Origin: Candidatus Bathyarchaeota archaeon | Lineage (GTDB): Archaea; Thermoproteota; Bathyarchaeia; Bathyarchaeales; Bathycorpusculaceae | Assembly: GCA_963777155.1 (NCBI GenBank) | Contig: CAVZPM010000038.1 | Coordinates: 64,001 to 128,000, forward strand | Length of the DNA: 64,000 nt | Direction of reading: 5' to 3' | In this document: piece by piece, positions 20,415-30,619 of the stretch | Numbering within the stretch: position 1 is the first letter of the stretch | Layout: every line of letters starts with the position of its first letter | Notes under the pieces: model-generated | What the model was told of the DNA's origin: nothing | Seen by the model: the letters and a program-made list of their open reading frames with translations, nothing else | Database searches by the model: none | Translations under genes and position numbers: made by a program

Positions 20415-21114
20415 TTAAAACTTTATGGATTCTTCGGAGACGCCTTCCTTAGTTATGATAAGGAAGTCAATGCCGTCGCCACTCATGGAATCTCTACTTA
20501 CCGCAGACTTTATTGAGCGAGTGACGAGTTCTTTTGCTTCTTTCAGGCTCATGGTTTCTTTGTATCCTTCTTCTAAAACACCCATAGCGATTTCTGTGCC
20601 TGAACCCACAACGGCATACTTGTCAGGAATTAAGTGAACCTAAGACGTCAAGCACATAGAGTGATGCACCTTCTTCATCTAAGCCGCCGACGATTGTCTG
20701 GGTGAATAATGGTGAGTATCGTCGGTTGAACAGTACGTTAGCTAAGAGTTTGGATGCTGAACGTACACTGATTTTTCTTCCGACATCCATACTGAAAAGG
20801 TTCGCTTGCGCCTGCATTTCTTTGGCAAGAATCTGCATGTCTCCTACCAACCCCGCACATGCTACGCCGATTTGGTCTGTTACTTTGAAGACTTTTTTGC
20901 CGCCTTTACTCATGATGAAGTTTCCATATGTGACTCTTTTTTCTGAAGCTAAAATTACTCCATCTTTGAAGATAGCGCCCACTGTGGTGGCGCCTGGCAT
21001 CCATCCGCCTCCTTGCTGGGCTTGGTTGCCTTGAGCTTGTTGCTGGTCTTGCGGCATCAGCTGGATTTGTGGAATATTTGGTAATCCAGGTAATTGTGGT
21101 CCATAACCTTCCAT
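20415..21114 (-). CDS. psmB: 20S proteasome beta subunit with Ala at the Thr1 position; frameshift near 20630
   Basis: G-ATTVG, SEKR, KKVF, AGLVGD, GSG, RDSMSG. Confidence 0.9.
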
Positions 21115-21195
21115 AATTTTCGCCTTTTCTTGATATACACAACACAAATAATTAAGGTTACTTATAACCATTATAGAGTAAGCGGAGAGGCTTGA

Positions 21196-21366
21196 ATGAG
21201 TGAGTCTAAACCGTTAAAGTGCCTAAAATGCGGCAAACTCATCGGTTATATAACCGTAAGTGCCAAGAGCTTGTTAGTTACTAAACCTGACGTGGATAAC
21301 GTTAAGTTGACTGCTACCTGCATTGGTTGCTCTGGTCAAAACAGTTTTTATATCAGAAACTTTTAA
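21196..21366 (+). CDS. 56-aa zinc-ribbon microprotein (not in ORF track)
   Basis: MSESKPLKCLKCGKLIGY...TATCIGCSGQNSFYIRNF; GAGG upstream of the ATG. Confidence 0.65.
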   Translation: MSESKPLKCLKCGKLIGYITVSAKSLLVTKPDVDNVKLTATCIGCSGQNSFYIRNF

Positions 21367-21405
21367 CATGCACTCCGACCATTCATCCACGGAGGATCGG
21401 TAGAA

Positions 21406-21990
21406 ATGATTGAAGTCTACAACCAAAACTTTGATAACACATGGTTTTCAATCGCCATAGATCAACAACAAATCGTGGCATCATCGTTTGGAGCAGACCA
21501 ATCCGCAACCGTAAAAAATGTTTTAGGCAACATATCCTTCAACTGTCCTTTTCAGGTCTTCCTTGAACCCACAACATTTGCCAAAAACGCGCTTGCAACA
21601 TTGAAGAACATTTACGACGGAAAGAAAGTCACCCTCAACTTGCCCTTGGCAATAGACAATTTACGATCCTACACCAAGAAAGTATTAAGAACAACCTTGA
21701 CTGTCCCGCTTGGGTACGTAACTTCTTATGGTGCAATTGCTAAAGCGGTTGGCGGTGGTCCAAGAGCGGTTGGAAATATCATGGCATCTAACCCGTTTGC
21801 CCCTATAGTTCCTTGCCACAGAGTTGTTAGAACGAATTTTTCGTTGGGTGGTTATGGTTTTGGTTTGAAAACAAAGATTGAGCTGTTGGGAAGAGAAAAA
21901 CAAGGATTTTCTTCTTGTAGAGAAATTGAGGTTCTGGGCGGGCGACTTATGGTTTTTCCAGTTGAACAGGTTCTCCGAAACTTCGCCTAA
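21406..21990 (+). CDS. ogt: methylated-DNA--protein-cysteine methyltransferase
   Basis: SYG, RAVG, PCHRV active site. Confidence 0.92.
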   Translation: MIEVYNQNFDNTWFSIAIDQQQIVASSFGADQSATVKNVLGNISFNCPFQVFLEPTTFAKNALATLKNIYDGKKVTLNLPLAIDNLRSYTKKVLRTTLTVPLGYVTSYGAIAKAVGGGPRAVGNIMASNPFAPIVPCHRVVRTNFSLGGYGFGLKTKIELLGREKQGFSSCREIEVLGGRLMVFPVEQVLRNFA

Positions 21991-22047
21991 ATTTCTGTGC
22001 ACAAATCATAAATGCAGGCGAGCCCCACTCAAAGCAAGTGAGCAATC

Positions 22048-22572
22048 ATGGTTACTCGAGGCTTATATGTTGGAAGATTTCAGCCTTTTCATCTGGGACA
22101 TCTAGACGCCATCAAGTATGCCTTGAAAAAGGTTGATGAATTAGTAATAGTCATTGGCAGTGCCCAATACAGCCATAACTCGAACAACCCGTTTACGGCA
22201 GGCGAACGGCTGGTTATGGTTCGCCGGTCGCTGTCGGAGGCTAAAGTGGATTACTCGAAACTCTGGATTGTTCCAGTGCCAGACGTTCACCTGCATATGC
22301 TTTGGGTAAGCGCAGTTGAAGGCTATACACCAAAATTCAGCGTCCTATTCTCCAACGAGCCCTTAACCAAGAGACTCTTTATGGAAGGCGGTTATCAGGT
22401 CAAAACTATTCCGCTGTTTGAAAGAGAAGTCTATAACTCAACTTTTGTTCGCGAAAAAATGGTTAAAGACAACAGCTGGACCGAACTAGTTCCCAAGAGT
22501 GTAGTTGACTTTATTTTGGAAATAGACGGGGTCAACAGAATTAGGGACCTAACCAGAACAGACAGGGTTTAG
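22048..22572 (+). CDS. nadM: nicotinamide-nucleotide adenylyltransferase
   Basis: GRFQPFHLGH, GSAQ, NPFTAGER. Confidence 0.95.
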   Translation: MVTRGLYVGRFQPFHLGHLDAIKYALKKVDELVIVIGSAQYSHNSNNPFTAGERLVMVRRSLSEAKVDYSKLWIVPVPDVHLHMLWVSAVEGYTPKFSVLFSNEPLTKRLFMEGGYQVKTIPLFEREVYNSTFVREKMVKDNSWTELVPKSVVDFILEIDGVNRIRDLTRTDRV

Positions 22573-23136
22573 TTAAACAACCACTTTATCCTTTGAAGCC
22601 TTATTGTAGTATCGCCAAGCCAACAGGTAAACTGAGATCAATACGAAAAGTTCTGCAAATATCCCTAAAAACATGTCACCTGAAAGAGCTATAAAATTGT
22701 TGGCTATGTGAAGGCTCACAGAAAGTAGGTAATAGGGCAGGGGATTCTTTTTGGCTATGCCGTAAGCAGTTATAGCTGCACTGGAAGAGTGAAAAATAAT
22801 GCCTGGAAATCTGGAAATAGGAGAAGCTCCTAAAGAGAAAACGTACAAAACAAACTCCGAAATACCAAAACCCAACCCAATCAAAACGCCCAAGGTAACA
22901 TATGATCTCTCTGTTTCTCCATGTCTATAGAATAGCGGGAAAACCTTTGCAAGCTCCTCGATGAAGGGGGCCAAAATAACAACCGCCAAAGCCGCAGGAA
23001 ACAGAGTATAGAATTGAGAGAAGAACAAAGCAAATGGAATGCTCACAAGAATTCCAGAGGAAAAAAAGAACACTAACTCTCTAATGGTCGGTTTATGAAT
23101 TGGAATAACACATTGGCGCTGGGGTTCAGATTCCAC
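22573..23136 (-). CDS. PrsW-family intramembrane protease
   Basis: EExxK, GFGxxE, H and HxxxN motifs in TM helices. Confidence 0.85.
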   Translation of the reverse strand: MESEPQRQCVIPIHKPTIRELVFFFSSGILVSIPFALFFSQFYTLFPAALAVVILAPFIEELAKVFPLFYRHGETERSYVTLGVLIGLGFGISEFVLYVFSLGASPISRFPGIIFHSSSAAITAYGIAKKNPLPYYLLSVSLHIANNFIALSGDMFLGIFAELFVLISVYLLAWRYYNKASKDKVVV

Positions 23137-23197
23137 AAAAACGAGCTCCTACAAAATAAAGAATATTTTCTTCCTTATCTGCTTTTTTACTAAGACC

Positions 23198-24568
23198 CTA
23201 AAAGCCTGAGGATATAAGGTCTGAGGGCTTGATTATTTCCCTTAATACCACCGTGGCATAGGAGCCTCTTAGCAACATAAAACTCATCTTTGCCTCAGAC
23301 GTGCCTTCTTGATTCGCCGAAACACTCTGCAACTTAAAATCGCGGACAGGAGTAACAACAGCACGTAAACCTCCTCGTCCACCCGTCCTTGAAAGTACGT
23401 TTACCTGCAACCCTTCAGTTCCGATTCCTTCTTGCACAAGAACCTGATTTTCTATCTGCCCCATGATACCTTGGGAAAGCTTTTGTTTGATCCCAAAAAT
23501 TGGCAGAGCAACACGCAATCGTCCAGTTTTGATTTGAGCGTTAATTTCAACCAAATTCTCGTTAGACGCAACTTTAGCAACGTTTGTCATGGGCAATCCA
23601 GAACGTTCCACACCAACTACAAAATCACCTGCAACCGCCTTATTCAAAGGTAAATCATGCTTGACCCGTTCGCTTAGGAAACGATTAAACAAGTAGGATT
23701 GGTGGGCTTGAACAAAAAGCGCTTGCAGTTTAAGTGGTAAACGTTGGAAAGCTCCGGTGAAATCATCTGGATGATCGGATAGATGGTTTAGCATTTGCCG
23801 TTCGAATCGGAGTTGTTTAGGGAAACTGTCTTTGGCTAATTTGAAGTCTTTGGTGGTTTCTAATTCTTGGCGGGCTTGTCTTGAAGCAGGGTGTTCATGA
23901 ACGCTGGGTTTAGCCAGAAAAAGCATCGTTGCCTCCTCAAAATCACCTTGAACAAGGGCTTTTCCAACCAGATGAGTGATTGGACGGGTGGTCCCGAATC
24001 GCTGATGACCGAAAAAGTTTGGGGCTCCGCCCAAAACATTTAGTTCGTGGATTGTTTGGGTTATGCGCTCGACTACTTCCACCTCTGACAGATTTAGGTT
24101 CTTAATAGTTATCGTAAAGTTGTTTCCTAACAGGTAGAACAAAGACATCTGCTCTCGGACGTAACCAATTGGATGCACTTCAACGTCTTTTAATTCGACT
24201 TTCTGGGCATCCTCTACAGAAACGTTCGTTATGCTGACATGCTGGGCAGTTACTGCCTTAGCGTCTTTTATCCCTGCAAACTGGACTCTTGTCTGATCGA
24301 CGCCCAGGGACTTAGCCACGTTTTTAACAGCGATAAAAGTGTCCCAGTTACGCTTAACCAAGATACAAAGCAGGAAACGCTGCCTCTGAAGCGTGGAACC
24401 CAAAACTTGACTCGGAACTGAACCATCCACGGAAGCTTTAGAACCATCTACAAGAATCTCTTCAACCACAAAATCATCGACTGACTGTTTGATTTTGCCA
24501 CCGATGCCTTCAGTTGTGGTGGTGTAGACTTTCATGCCAAGAATGTTGTCGATTTCAGGAACAATCAA
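23198..24568 (-). CDS. truD: tRNA pseudouridine(13) synthase
   Basis: DFxVxE, AGIKDAKAVT, GNxF, NFFGHQRFG, RGSYAT. Confidence 0.95.
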   Translation of the reverse strand: MIVPEIDNILGMKVYTTTTEGIGGKIKQSVDDFVVEEILVDGSKASVDGSVPSQVLGSTLQRQRFLLCILVKRNWDTFIAVKNVAKSLGVDQTRVQFAGIKDAKAVTAQHVSITNVSVEDAQKVELKDVEVHPIGYVREQMSLFYLLGNNFTITIKNLNLSEVEVVERITQTIHELNVLGGAPNFFGHQRFGTTRPITHLVGKALVQGDFEEATMLFLAKPSVHEHPASRQARQELETTKDFKLAKDSFPKQLRFERQMLNHLSDHPDDFTGAFQRLPLKLQALFVQAHQSYLFNRFLSERVKHDLPLNKAVAGDFVVGVERSGLPMTNVAKVASNENLVEINAQIKTGRLRVALPIFGIKQKLSQGIMGQIENQVLVQEGIGTEGLQVNVLSRTGGRGGLRAVVTPVRDFKLQSVSANQEGTSEAKMSFMLLRGSYATVVLREIIKPSDLISSGF

Positions 24569-24576
24569 AAAATCGC

Positions 24577-24940
24577 CTATAGCAGCTTGAGTTTACCAGT
24601 TAATCGGTCAATCATAGCTGATGGCGCTGGACCAATACCCAAACAAGTAATAGTTCCCTCAGGAATCTGAGTTAAACCACGGTCAACAATCAACGCATGA
24701 GGCAACCCAAAATCCTCTGCAGCCTCCTCCAAATCGCATAACTCTTTCTCTGTCTGAACCTTAACTGCGACTTTCTTTTGCCCTTCATACAACCATGCGT
24801 CCCACCATTTTTTATGGTGTACGTATGCATCTTGGGCTGCGGAGATGGCTGCATGTCCTGCTTGCGCTGCGATTTTACCTTTACCCATTTGCAGGTCGGT
24901 GCGGAAAGACGAGGACTTGTTTGTATTCGAACTGACTCAT
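24577..24940 (-). CDS. pth2: peptidyl-tRNA hydrolase Pth2, frameshift near 24905
   Basis: MSQFEYKQVLVF|RTDLQMGKGKIAAQAGHA, DxGLTQ, GIGP. Confidence 0.93.
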
Positions 24941-24974
24941 TTTAGTTCCCGACTGTATGTTAGCACTGGAGATT

Positions 24975-26227
24975 TTAAGGGTTTGCAGACAAGTAAAGCA
25001 GCCCAAAGTAGAGGAGAGCGGCTGCCATCGCTGGCTTCTGAACAGCGGTTAGCAACATTTTACCCTGAAAATCTATTTCATCCACTTCACGTAATGTTTT
25101 ATCGACACCCAACTTGCCACAGACGTGAAGCATCTCATCTAACTTTTCGTCGGAAAGAGAATTAAGAAACCGCCTTAGCCTTAACATAACGTTAAAGTCG
25201 AAACGCATCAAAGAATCACAACGCTTCTGATACGCCTGCAAAACTCTAGAAGAAACATCGTCTTGCGCAATGGCTTTAGCCTGCTGCTTCCGCAGCTTCC
25301 TTTGCAGCGGTTAACCCGAAGATGACGCCGCCGCCAGTGGTAGGCTTCACTTGGGAAGCACAATCGCCAACAGCTAGAAAACCGTTGGTGTATGCCTGCG
25401 GAATTGGACCAGCCAAAGTGATCGCGTGGAAGCCAACATTTGTCATTGTTGGCTTTTGCAAGTTGTTTTGAAGCAATTGGATGTCTTGTCATTAGTCTTT
25501 TTAGGTATTCTCGTGGATCACCTTTGTTTGTCGCTAACCCCACTTTTGCTGAGCCATCAGGCCTTGGAATAAGCCAACCATAAAAGCCCGGTGCATAAGC
25601 CTTTCCAAAATAAACTTCAACCGCGTCAAGGTCAACATTCTGAACATTTTCCATTTCTGCCTCAACAGCGTACACTATTCCGTTTGGTTTGAGTGGAGTT
25701 AAGCCTGTTTGCCGCAGAAGTCTCGATGAGATCCCTTCAGCGTCCACTACAATTTTGGAGTTAACTTGCACTATAGCGCCATGGTCCTGGAAGACATTGA
25801 TGCCTTTAACATATCCATCAGCCATTGTCAGTGATTGAACAGGGGAACTTAATGCAAAGGTTGCTCCAGCAGCCTCGGCTTGCCCTGCCAAATACTGATC
25901 AAAGCGTGTCCTGTTCAAAGCAACGGTAACTGGACAGGAAAGGTGTAGCGAGAATTTGGTGCCGTAGGGTGAGTAAAAGTTGGCGGTGCAAAACTTGTTC
26001 TCCAAAATGCCATCGGGAAGTGGATAGAGACCCATTGTTTTTAGACTTCGAATGCTGATATGTCCAGCGCAGTGTGAGGGCACTCCAATTTGTGGATGCT
26101 CCTCAAAAACTGTGACCATGACACCTTTTTTTGCCAGGTTTAGTGCTGTATATGAACCGACTGGTCCACCCCCAACTACAATAACGTCTGGATTATTGGC
26201 TATGAAGGGTTGCTTGTGGGCAGTCAT
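24975..26227 (-). CDS. geranylgeranyl reductase family flavoprotein, two frameshifts
   Basis: GGGPVG, HCAG, DAEG, PGFYGWLIP; VGDCASQVKPTTGGG in a second frame. Confidence 0.85.
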
Positions 26228-26469
26228 GATTATGCAATAAAACTAAATCGTATATAAGCAAAAGGGCAAATCGTTAGGCTCAGTTTAAAGTACCTTGATA
26301 TACGATGTCACATATTTTTGGAGCTATAGGACTCATCAGAGAATAACTGGATCTAGAACCTCAAGGGCAGATTTATATCACTGTTTTTTCGAAAAACTTT
26401 GTTAGAAATGAATAGAATCAGAAAGAGATAAAATAAAAAAGAAAAGGGAGTTGTTTTTTCTCTATGGTT

Positions 26470-26865
26470 TTATGGGTGTTTTCTTGCTACTGACCAGACT
26501 ACTACGGCTATGAGAACTATTATGAGAACAATCATAACAGCGGATAGCGGTAGGAAGTATAGGTCAGCCATTGATTGTGGCGCTGCAGTAGTTGGTGCAG
26601 GAGTGATATTAGGTGTTTGCATGACGTTGAATGCGGTTTCAGATGACGATTGCCAGTATGAATCTGAGCCAGCGAATGTTGCGAATACCTTGTATGTTCC
26701 TGGAACTTCTGGTTTGTATGCTGTAGCGAACACGCCGAGTGCGTCTGTTGTGGCAGTACCGATGACGTAAGAGTTACCGTTGGGGTCAATGGTCGATAGA
26801 GTGACAGTTACTCCTGTTGCGTTAGCTGGGCGTGGTCCTTGTTGATACACGTACTGCATTGTCAT
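26470..26865 (-). pseudogene. C-terminal fragment (Ig-like domain + TM anchor) of a large surface protein
   Basis: MQYVYQQ.PRPANATGVTVTL..DPNGN...GTY...A.F.G..SYW.S resembles the C-terminus of Bathyarchaeia PQQ-like beta-propeller surface proteins; no signal peptide; AT-rich non-coding DNA upstream. Confidence 0.55.
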
Positions 26866-27128
26866 ATCGTTAGATTTGACTAAGGGGTTTGGACAGCGAC
26901 CAAATCTACTGCAAATTCTCCTCTTTCACTAGAAACGAGACAATAAAAATAATCATAGCTTTAGATTTACGATTTTTCGTTTTTCTTTTCTCCTTAAAGT
27001 TTTGCGGAAAGACCAAGTGAATTGACTTACAAAAGTTGCGGAAAATATGAAAAGGTAAAATCACAAAAATCATATGAAGAAAAAACGTTATTAACAAAAA
27101 AAATTAATATACAAAAAAATGAATTGCT

Positions 27129-27365
27129 TTAACGTTGTTGAACCAATTCGATTCGGCGTTTGCCACGAGACATCGATGAAGTGCGGATTTTACCACTTAC
27201 CTCAAGCTTTAGCAATAGTTCATTGAAGTCCTTGAAGCCAAGATCTTCGTACTCATCTTTAAGCGAGTCAAAAAGGTCGTCGTCTGTGAGGTCGCCCTTC
27301 TTAGTTAAGACTTCTAGTAGATAAAAATAAGCTGGTCGGGTTTTCCAAGTTTTCATCTGTGGCAT
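27129..27365 (-). CDS. 78-aa winged-helix-like protein downstream of cdc48
   Basis: LLEVLTKKGDLTDDDLF...FNELLLKLEVSGKIRT...RIEL; GGA SD-like site; starts 11 nt after the cdc48 stop. Confidence 0.75.
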   Translation of the reverse strand: MPQMKTWKTRPAYFYLLEVLTKKGDLTDDDLFDSLKDEYEDLGFKDFNELLLKLEVSGKIRTSSMSRGKRRIELVQQR

Positions 27366-27376
27366 AAACGTCCTTC

Positions 27377-29548
27377 CTATGCAACTGGGGTTGCTGGCTT
27401 TTGTACTTGTCGGATTTGCTGCATGAAGCTCTTGTACCACTTTTCCATGTCAGGTGTAATCGATGGACCCATCTCTTTGAGGGCATCCTGGAAATCCTTC
27501 ATCGTGACTTCTGTAGAGTTAACGTTCTTTCGGAGTGCATGCATCGCAGCTTCGCGGCACAGCGATTCTATGTCAGCGCCAGAATAGTATTTAGTTGCAA
27601 TTGTTATCTGGTTTAAGTCCACATCTTTGGCAATTGGCATACCCTTCGTGTAGATTTTGAGGATTTGCAAACGGCTCTTCTCATCAGGCTCAGGCACATA
27701 GATTAAACGGTCAAAACGTCCGGGACGCAACACAGCCGAATCAACCATGTCAGGACGGTTAGTAGCAGCGATAACTACGATGTCTTGCAACGTCGTAATA
27801 CCATCCATCTCCGTTAATAGTTGGCTTATGACACGTTCGGAAACACCGCTATCAGACATACCCATCCCACGTCTGGGAGTAAGAGAGTCGATTTCGTCGA
27901 GGAATACAATTGCAGGCGCTGCCATGCGGGCTTTGCGGAAGACTTCGCGGATGGCTTTTTCTGATTCGCCGACCCATTTGCTGAACACTTCAGGTCCTTT
28001 GATGGATATGAAGTTGGCTTCGCTCTCTGTTGCCACTGCGCGTGCTAGCAGGGTTTTCCCGCAGCCCGGTGGGCCATAGAGTAAGATGCCTTTGGGTGGT
28101 CTGATTCCAAGTTTGGTGAATATTTCCGGGGTCTTGATTGGCCATTCTACGGCTTCGATTAGGTGCTGTTTTACGTCGTCGAGTCCGCCTGCATCATCCC
28201 AGTGGACAGTTGAGACTTCAATGTAGACTTCACGCATAGCTGTGGGTGTGACTTCTTTGTATGCCCCCAAGAAATCGTCCATTTTAACTTCCATTTTCTC
28301 CAATACAGCGGGCGGGATACGTTCTTCTTCAAGGTTAATCTGTGGCAAATAGCGTCTTAGTGCTTTCATGGCGGTTTCTCTGCCTAAAGAAGATAAGTCG
28401 GCTCCTGTGTAGCCGTGTGTCATGGCTGAGAGTTTCGGAAGGTCAACATCTGTTGCCAGCGGCATACCTCGAGTGTGGATTTGGAGAACTTCATAGCGTC
28501 CTTTCTTGTCAGGGACACCGATTTCTATTTCCCGGTCAAACCTGCCTGGTCGACGCAGTGCTGGATCAAGGGCGCCAGGGCGGTTGGTCGCTCCGATGAC
28601 GATGACGTTTCCTCTACCTGACAAACCATCCATGAGAGCTAGGAGCTGGGCAACCACGCGTCTTTCCACTTCACCTGTGACTTCTTCACGTTTAGGAGCT
28701 ATGGCGTCAAGTTCATCAACAAAGATTATGCTCGGAGCATTCTGTTGGGCCTGCTGGAAAATTTCTCGGAGCCTAGCTTCTGATTCGCCATAGAATTTGC
28801 TCATGATTTCTGGTCCATTGATGCTGTAGAAGTTAGCTTCTGACTCGTTTGCGACTGCACGAGCGAGCAGGGTTTTGCCGCAGCCTGGTGGACCATGTAG
28901 CAGCACACCTTTTGGCGGTTCAATTCCTAAACGTTGGAAAAGCTCTGGGTGACGAAGGGGCAACTCGACCATTTCACGGACACGTTGGATTTCCGTGTGA
29001 AGTCCACCGATGTCTTCATAGTTTGTTCTGGGCAAACCTTTGCCTTCGGGTGCTGGCTCGTTTAGGATTGTGAGTTTTGTTTCAGCAGTAACTTTAATGA
29101 TACCGTGCGGACGCGTTTTTGAGACTGTGAAAGGTATAGCATGTCCTAGCATCATAACCAGTGTAGTGTCGCCTTCGACTAAGGTACGTTCCATTAGCCG
29201 ATTTTTAACGAAATTGGTGAAGTCCTCATCCACGTTAAGACGCATATCTACAGGCGCGAGAGTTATGGAAAGGGCGGTTTTGACTTTTGCAGGTCTAATA
29301 ACCACGTACTCGTTTATTGCGACTCCAGAGTTTTTACGTGTGAACCCGTCGATACGAATTATGTCGCGGTTCTGGTCTTCACTATACGCGGGCCAAGCAA
29401 TAGCGGATGTGGTACGTTTATTCACGATTTCAATTACGTCTCCAGCACTAATGCCTAGTTTCTGCATTGTTCGCTGATCAATTCTGGCGATTCCTCTACC
29501 CACATCTCGTTGTCTTGCATCTCCAACACGTAGTTGTATTTCGCTCAT
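27377..29548 (-). CDS. cdc48: Cdc48/VAT AAA+ ATPase
   Basis: N-domain plus two AAA modules (GPPGCGKT twice, DELD/DEID, RPGRFD twice). Confidence 0.97.
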   Translation of the reverse strand: MSEIQLRVGDARQRDVGRGIARIDQRTMQKLGISAGDVIEIVNKRTTSAIAWPAYSEDQNRDIIRIDGFTRKNSGVAINEYVVIRPAKVKTALSITLAPVDMRLNVDEDFTNFVKNRLMERTLVEGDTTLVMMLGHAIPFTVSKTRPHGIIKVTAETKLTILNEPAPEGKGLPRTNYEDIGGLHTEIQRVREMVELPLRHPELFQRLGIEPPKGVLLHGPPGCGKTLLARAVANESEANFYSINGPEIMSKFYGESEARLREIFQQAQQNAPSIIFVDELDAIAPKREEVTGEVERRVVAQLLALMDGLSGRGNVIVIGATNRPGALDPALRRPGRFDREIEIGVPDKKGRYEVLQIHTRGMPLATDVDLPKLSAMTHGYTGADLSSLGRETAMKALRRYLPQINLEEERIPPAVLEKMEVKMDDFLGAYKEVTPTAMREVYIEVSTVHWDDAGGLDDVKQHLIEAVEWPIKTPEIFTKLGIRPPKGILLYGPPGCGKTLLARAVATESEANFISIKGPEVFSKWVGESEKAIREVFRKARMAAPAIVFLDEIDSLTPRRGMGMSDSGVSERVISQLLTEMDGITTLQDIVVIAATNRPDMVDSAVLRPGRFDRLIYVPEPDEKSRLQILKIYTKGMPIAKDVDLNQITIATKYYSGADIESLCREAAMHALRKNVNSTEVTMKDFQDALKEMGPSITPDMEKWYKSFMQQIRQVQKPATPVA

Positions 29549-29686
29549 GAATAATTTCTCCTAAATAATCCTGACTTGCATTTTATGGATGCGTTTGAAA
29601 AAGCGGTTATGACTATATAAACTTTAAAGCGTAATCCGAAATACTCCCAAGATGACATAGGGGAGGAAAAGTTTGGTTTTTGTAGT

Positions 29687-29965
29687 TTAGTCGCGGCTTG
29701 TTCTGCGTATCTGGAATGTTTGAGCTTGGCTTACACCAGGGATTTTTGCGAGTTTCTCTTCGAATTCATCAACTAGACCTGATTTATCTTCAGGATATCT
29801 AATTTGAACTAAGAGTGCTACGAGCCCAAAAGCAACTGGTTCTTCGCCGTATCCTTCAATTGCGGCGAATTCAGGCAGGATTGCCTTGATTTGGGTTTTG
29901 AGGCCATCAAAACTTGGCATGATGTCTTCTGGGAAAACCTTATAGGTTACAAGTACACTACCCAT
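29687..29965 (-). CDS. ef1b: translation elongation factor 1-beta
   Basis: KVFPE...EEPVAFGL pattern, 92 aa. Confidence 0.93.
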   Translation of the reverse strand: MGSVLVTYKVFPEDIMPSFDGLKTQIKAILPEFAAIEGYGEEPVAFGLVALLVQIRYPEDKSGLVDEFEEKLAKIPGVSQAQTFQIRRTSRD

Positions 29966-29977
29966 GCGGTTCGCCTT

Positions 29978-30157
29978 TTAAGGTCCACTAAAGCCGCATT
30001 TGGGACATCTGTAGAGGCGACCGAATTTGCGGCATTTTCCGTCTCGTTTAACCTGGATTTCTCCGCATTGTGGGCACAGGAACTTTGTGGATTCGCTGCC
30101 TGGCGGGATTGGTTTTCCGCAACTTGTACATGTGACTAGGGACAACTTTTCCGACAT
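29978..30157 (-). CDS. HVO_2753/DUF1610-type zinc-ribbon protein, 59 aa (not in ORF track)
   Basis: MSEKLSLVTCTSCG...FLCPQCGE...RDGKCRK...YRCPKCGFSGP; canonical position upstream of EF-1beta. Confidence 0.9.
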   Translation of the reverse strand: MSEKLSLVTCTSCGKPIPPGSESTKFLCPQCGEIQVKRDGKCRKFGRLYRCPKCGFSGP

Positions 30158-30450
30158 AAACTTTGCACTTCTGTGCCGTCATAATTGTAAGGGTTCCTTA
30201 TATTTGCTATGCTTAAAAAGTGCGCTTAAGCCAAACTTATGAACGCCAACTGCTTCTGCCTTAACCATAAGTCCTTATTTAGACGTGGAATAAACTCATT
30301 CGGAAATGCTCTTTGATTTAAGCAGTCTACCCACCCCCTTACCCACAGAGACAAAGGGTTAGCAGGTTTCTATCATGTTGATGCCCCGTTTGAGGATTTT
30401 CTAATTTGCCTTGTCGGAATGTGTATTGCGCACCGCAATGCCTATAAGTA

Positions 30451-30471
30451 AATATTCTAATATTATAATAT
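30451..30471. promoter_or_regulatory. candidate ArsR operator / promoter (8-bp periodic AATATT)
   Basis: AATATTCT-AATATTAT-AATAT; 13/14 match to the reverse complement of 31503-31516. Confidence 0.45.
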
Positions 30472-30619
30472 ATGCTTTGAAGTTGTAAGTTGAAACAACA
30501 GAAAACAGCCATTCAAATGCCGTATAAAACGTTTCAAAAACTGTTTCACAACCGTTTCAACCAACTCCTATACCACTCCAAAGCCATAGTAATAATATCA
30601 AAAAATGGAGGAACAAAAA

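Noticed and set aside
30240-30450. Possible riboswitch or ncRNA in the intergenic region
   Set aside because: No recognisable Rfam consensus or convincing stem pattern by eye; an Infernal search would be needed
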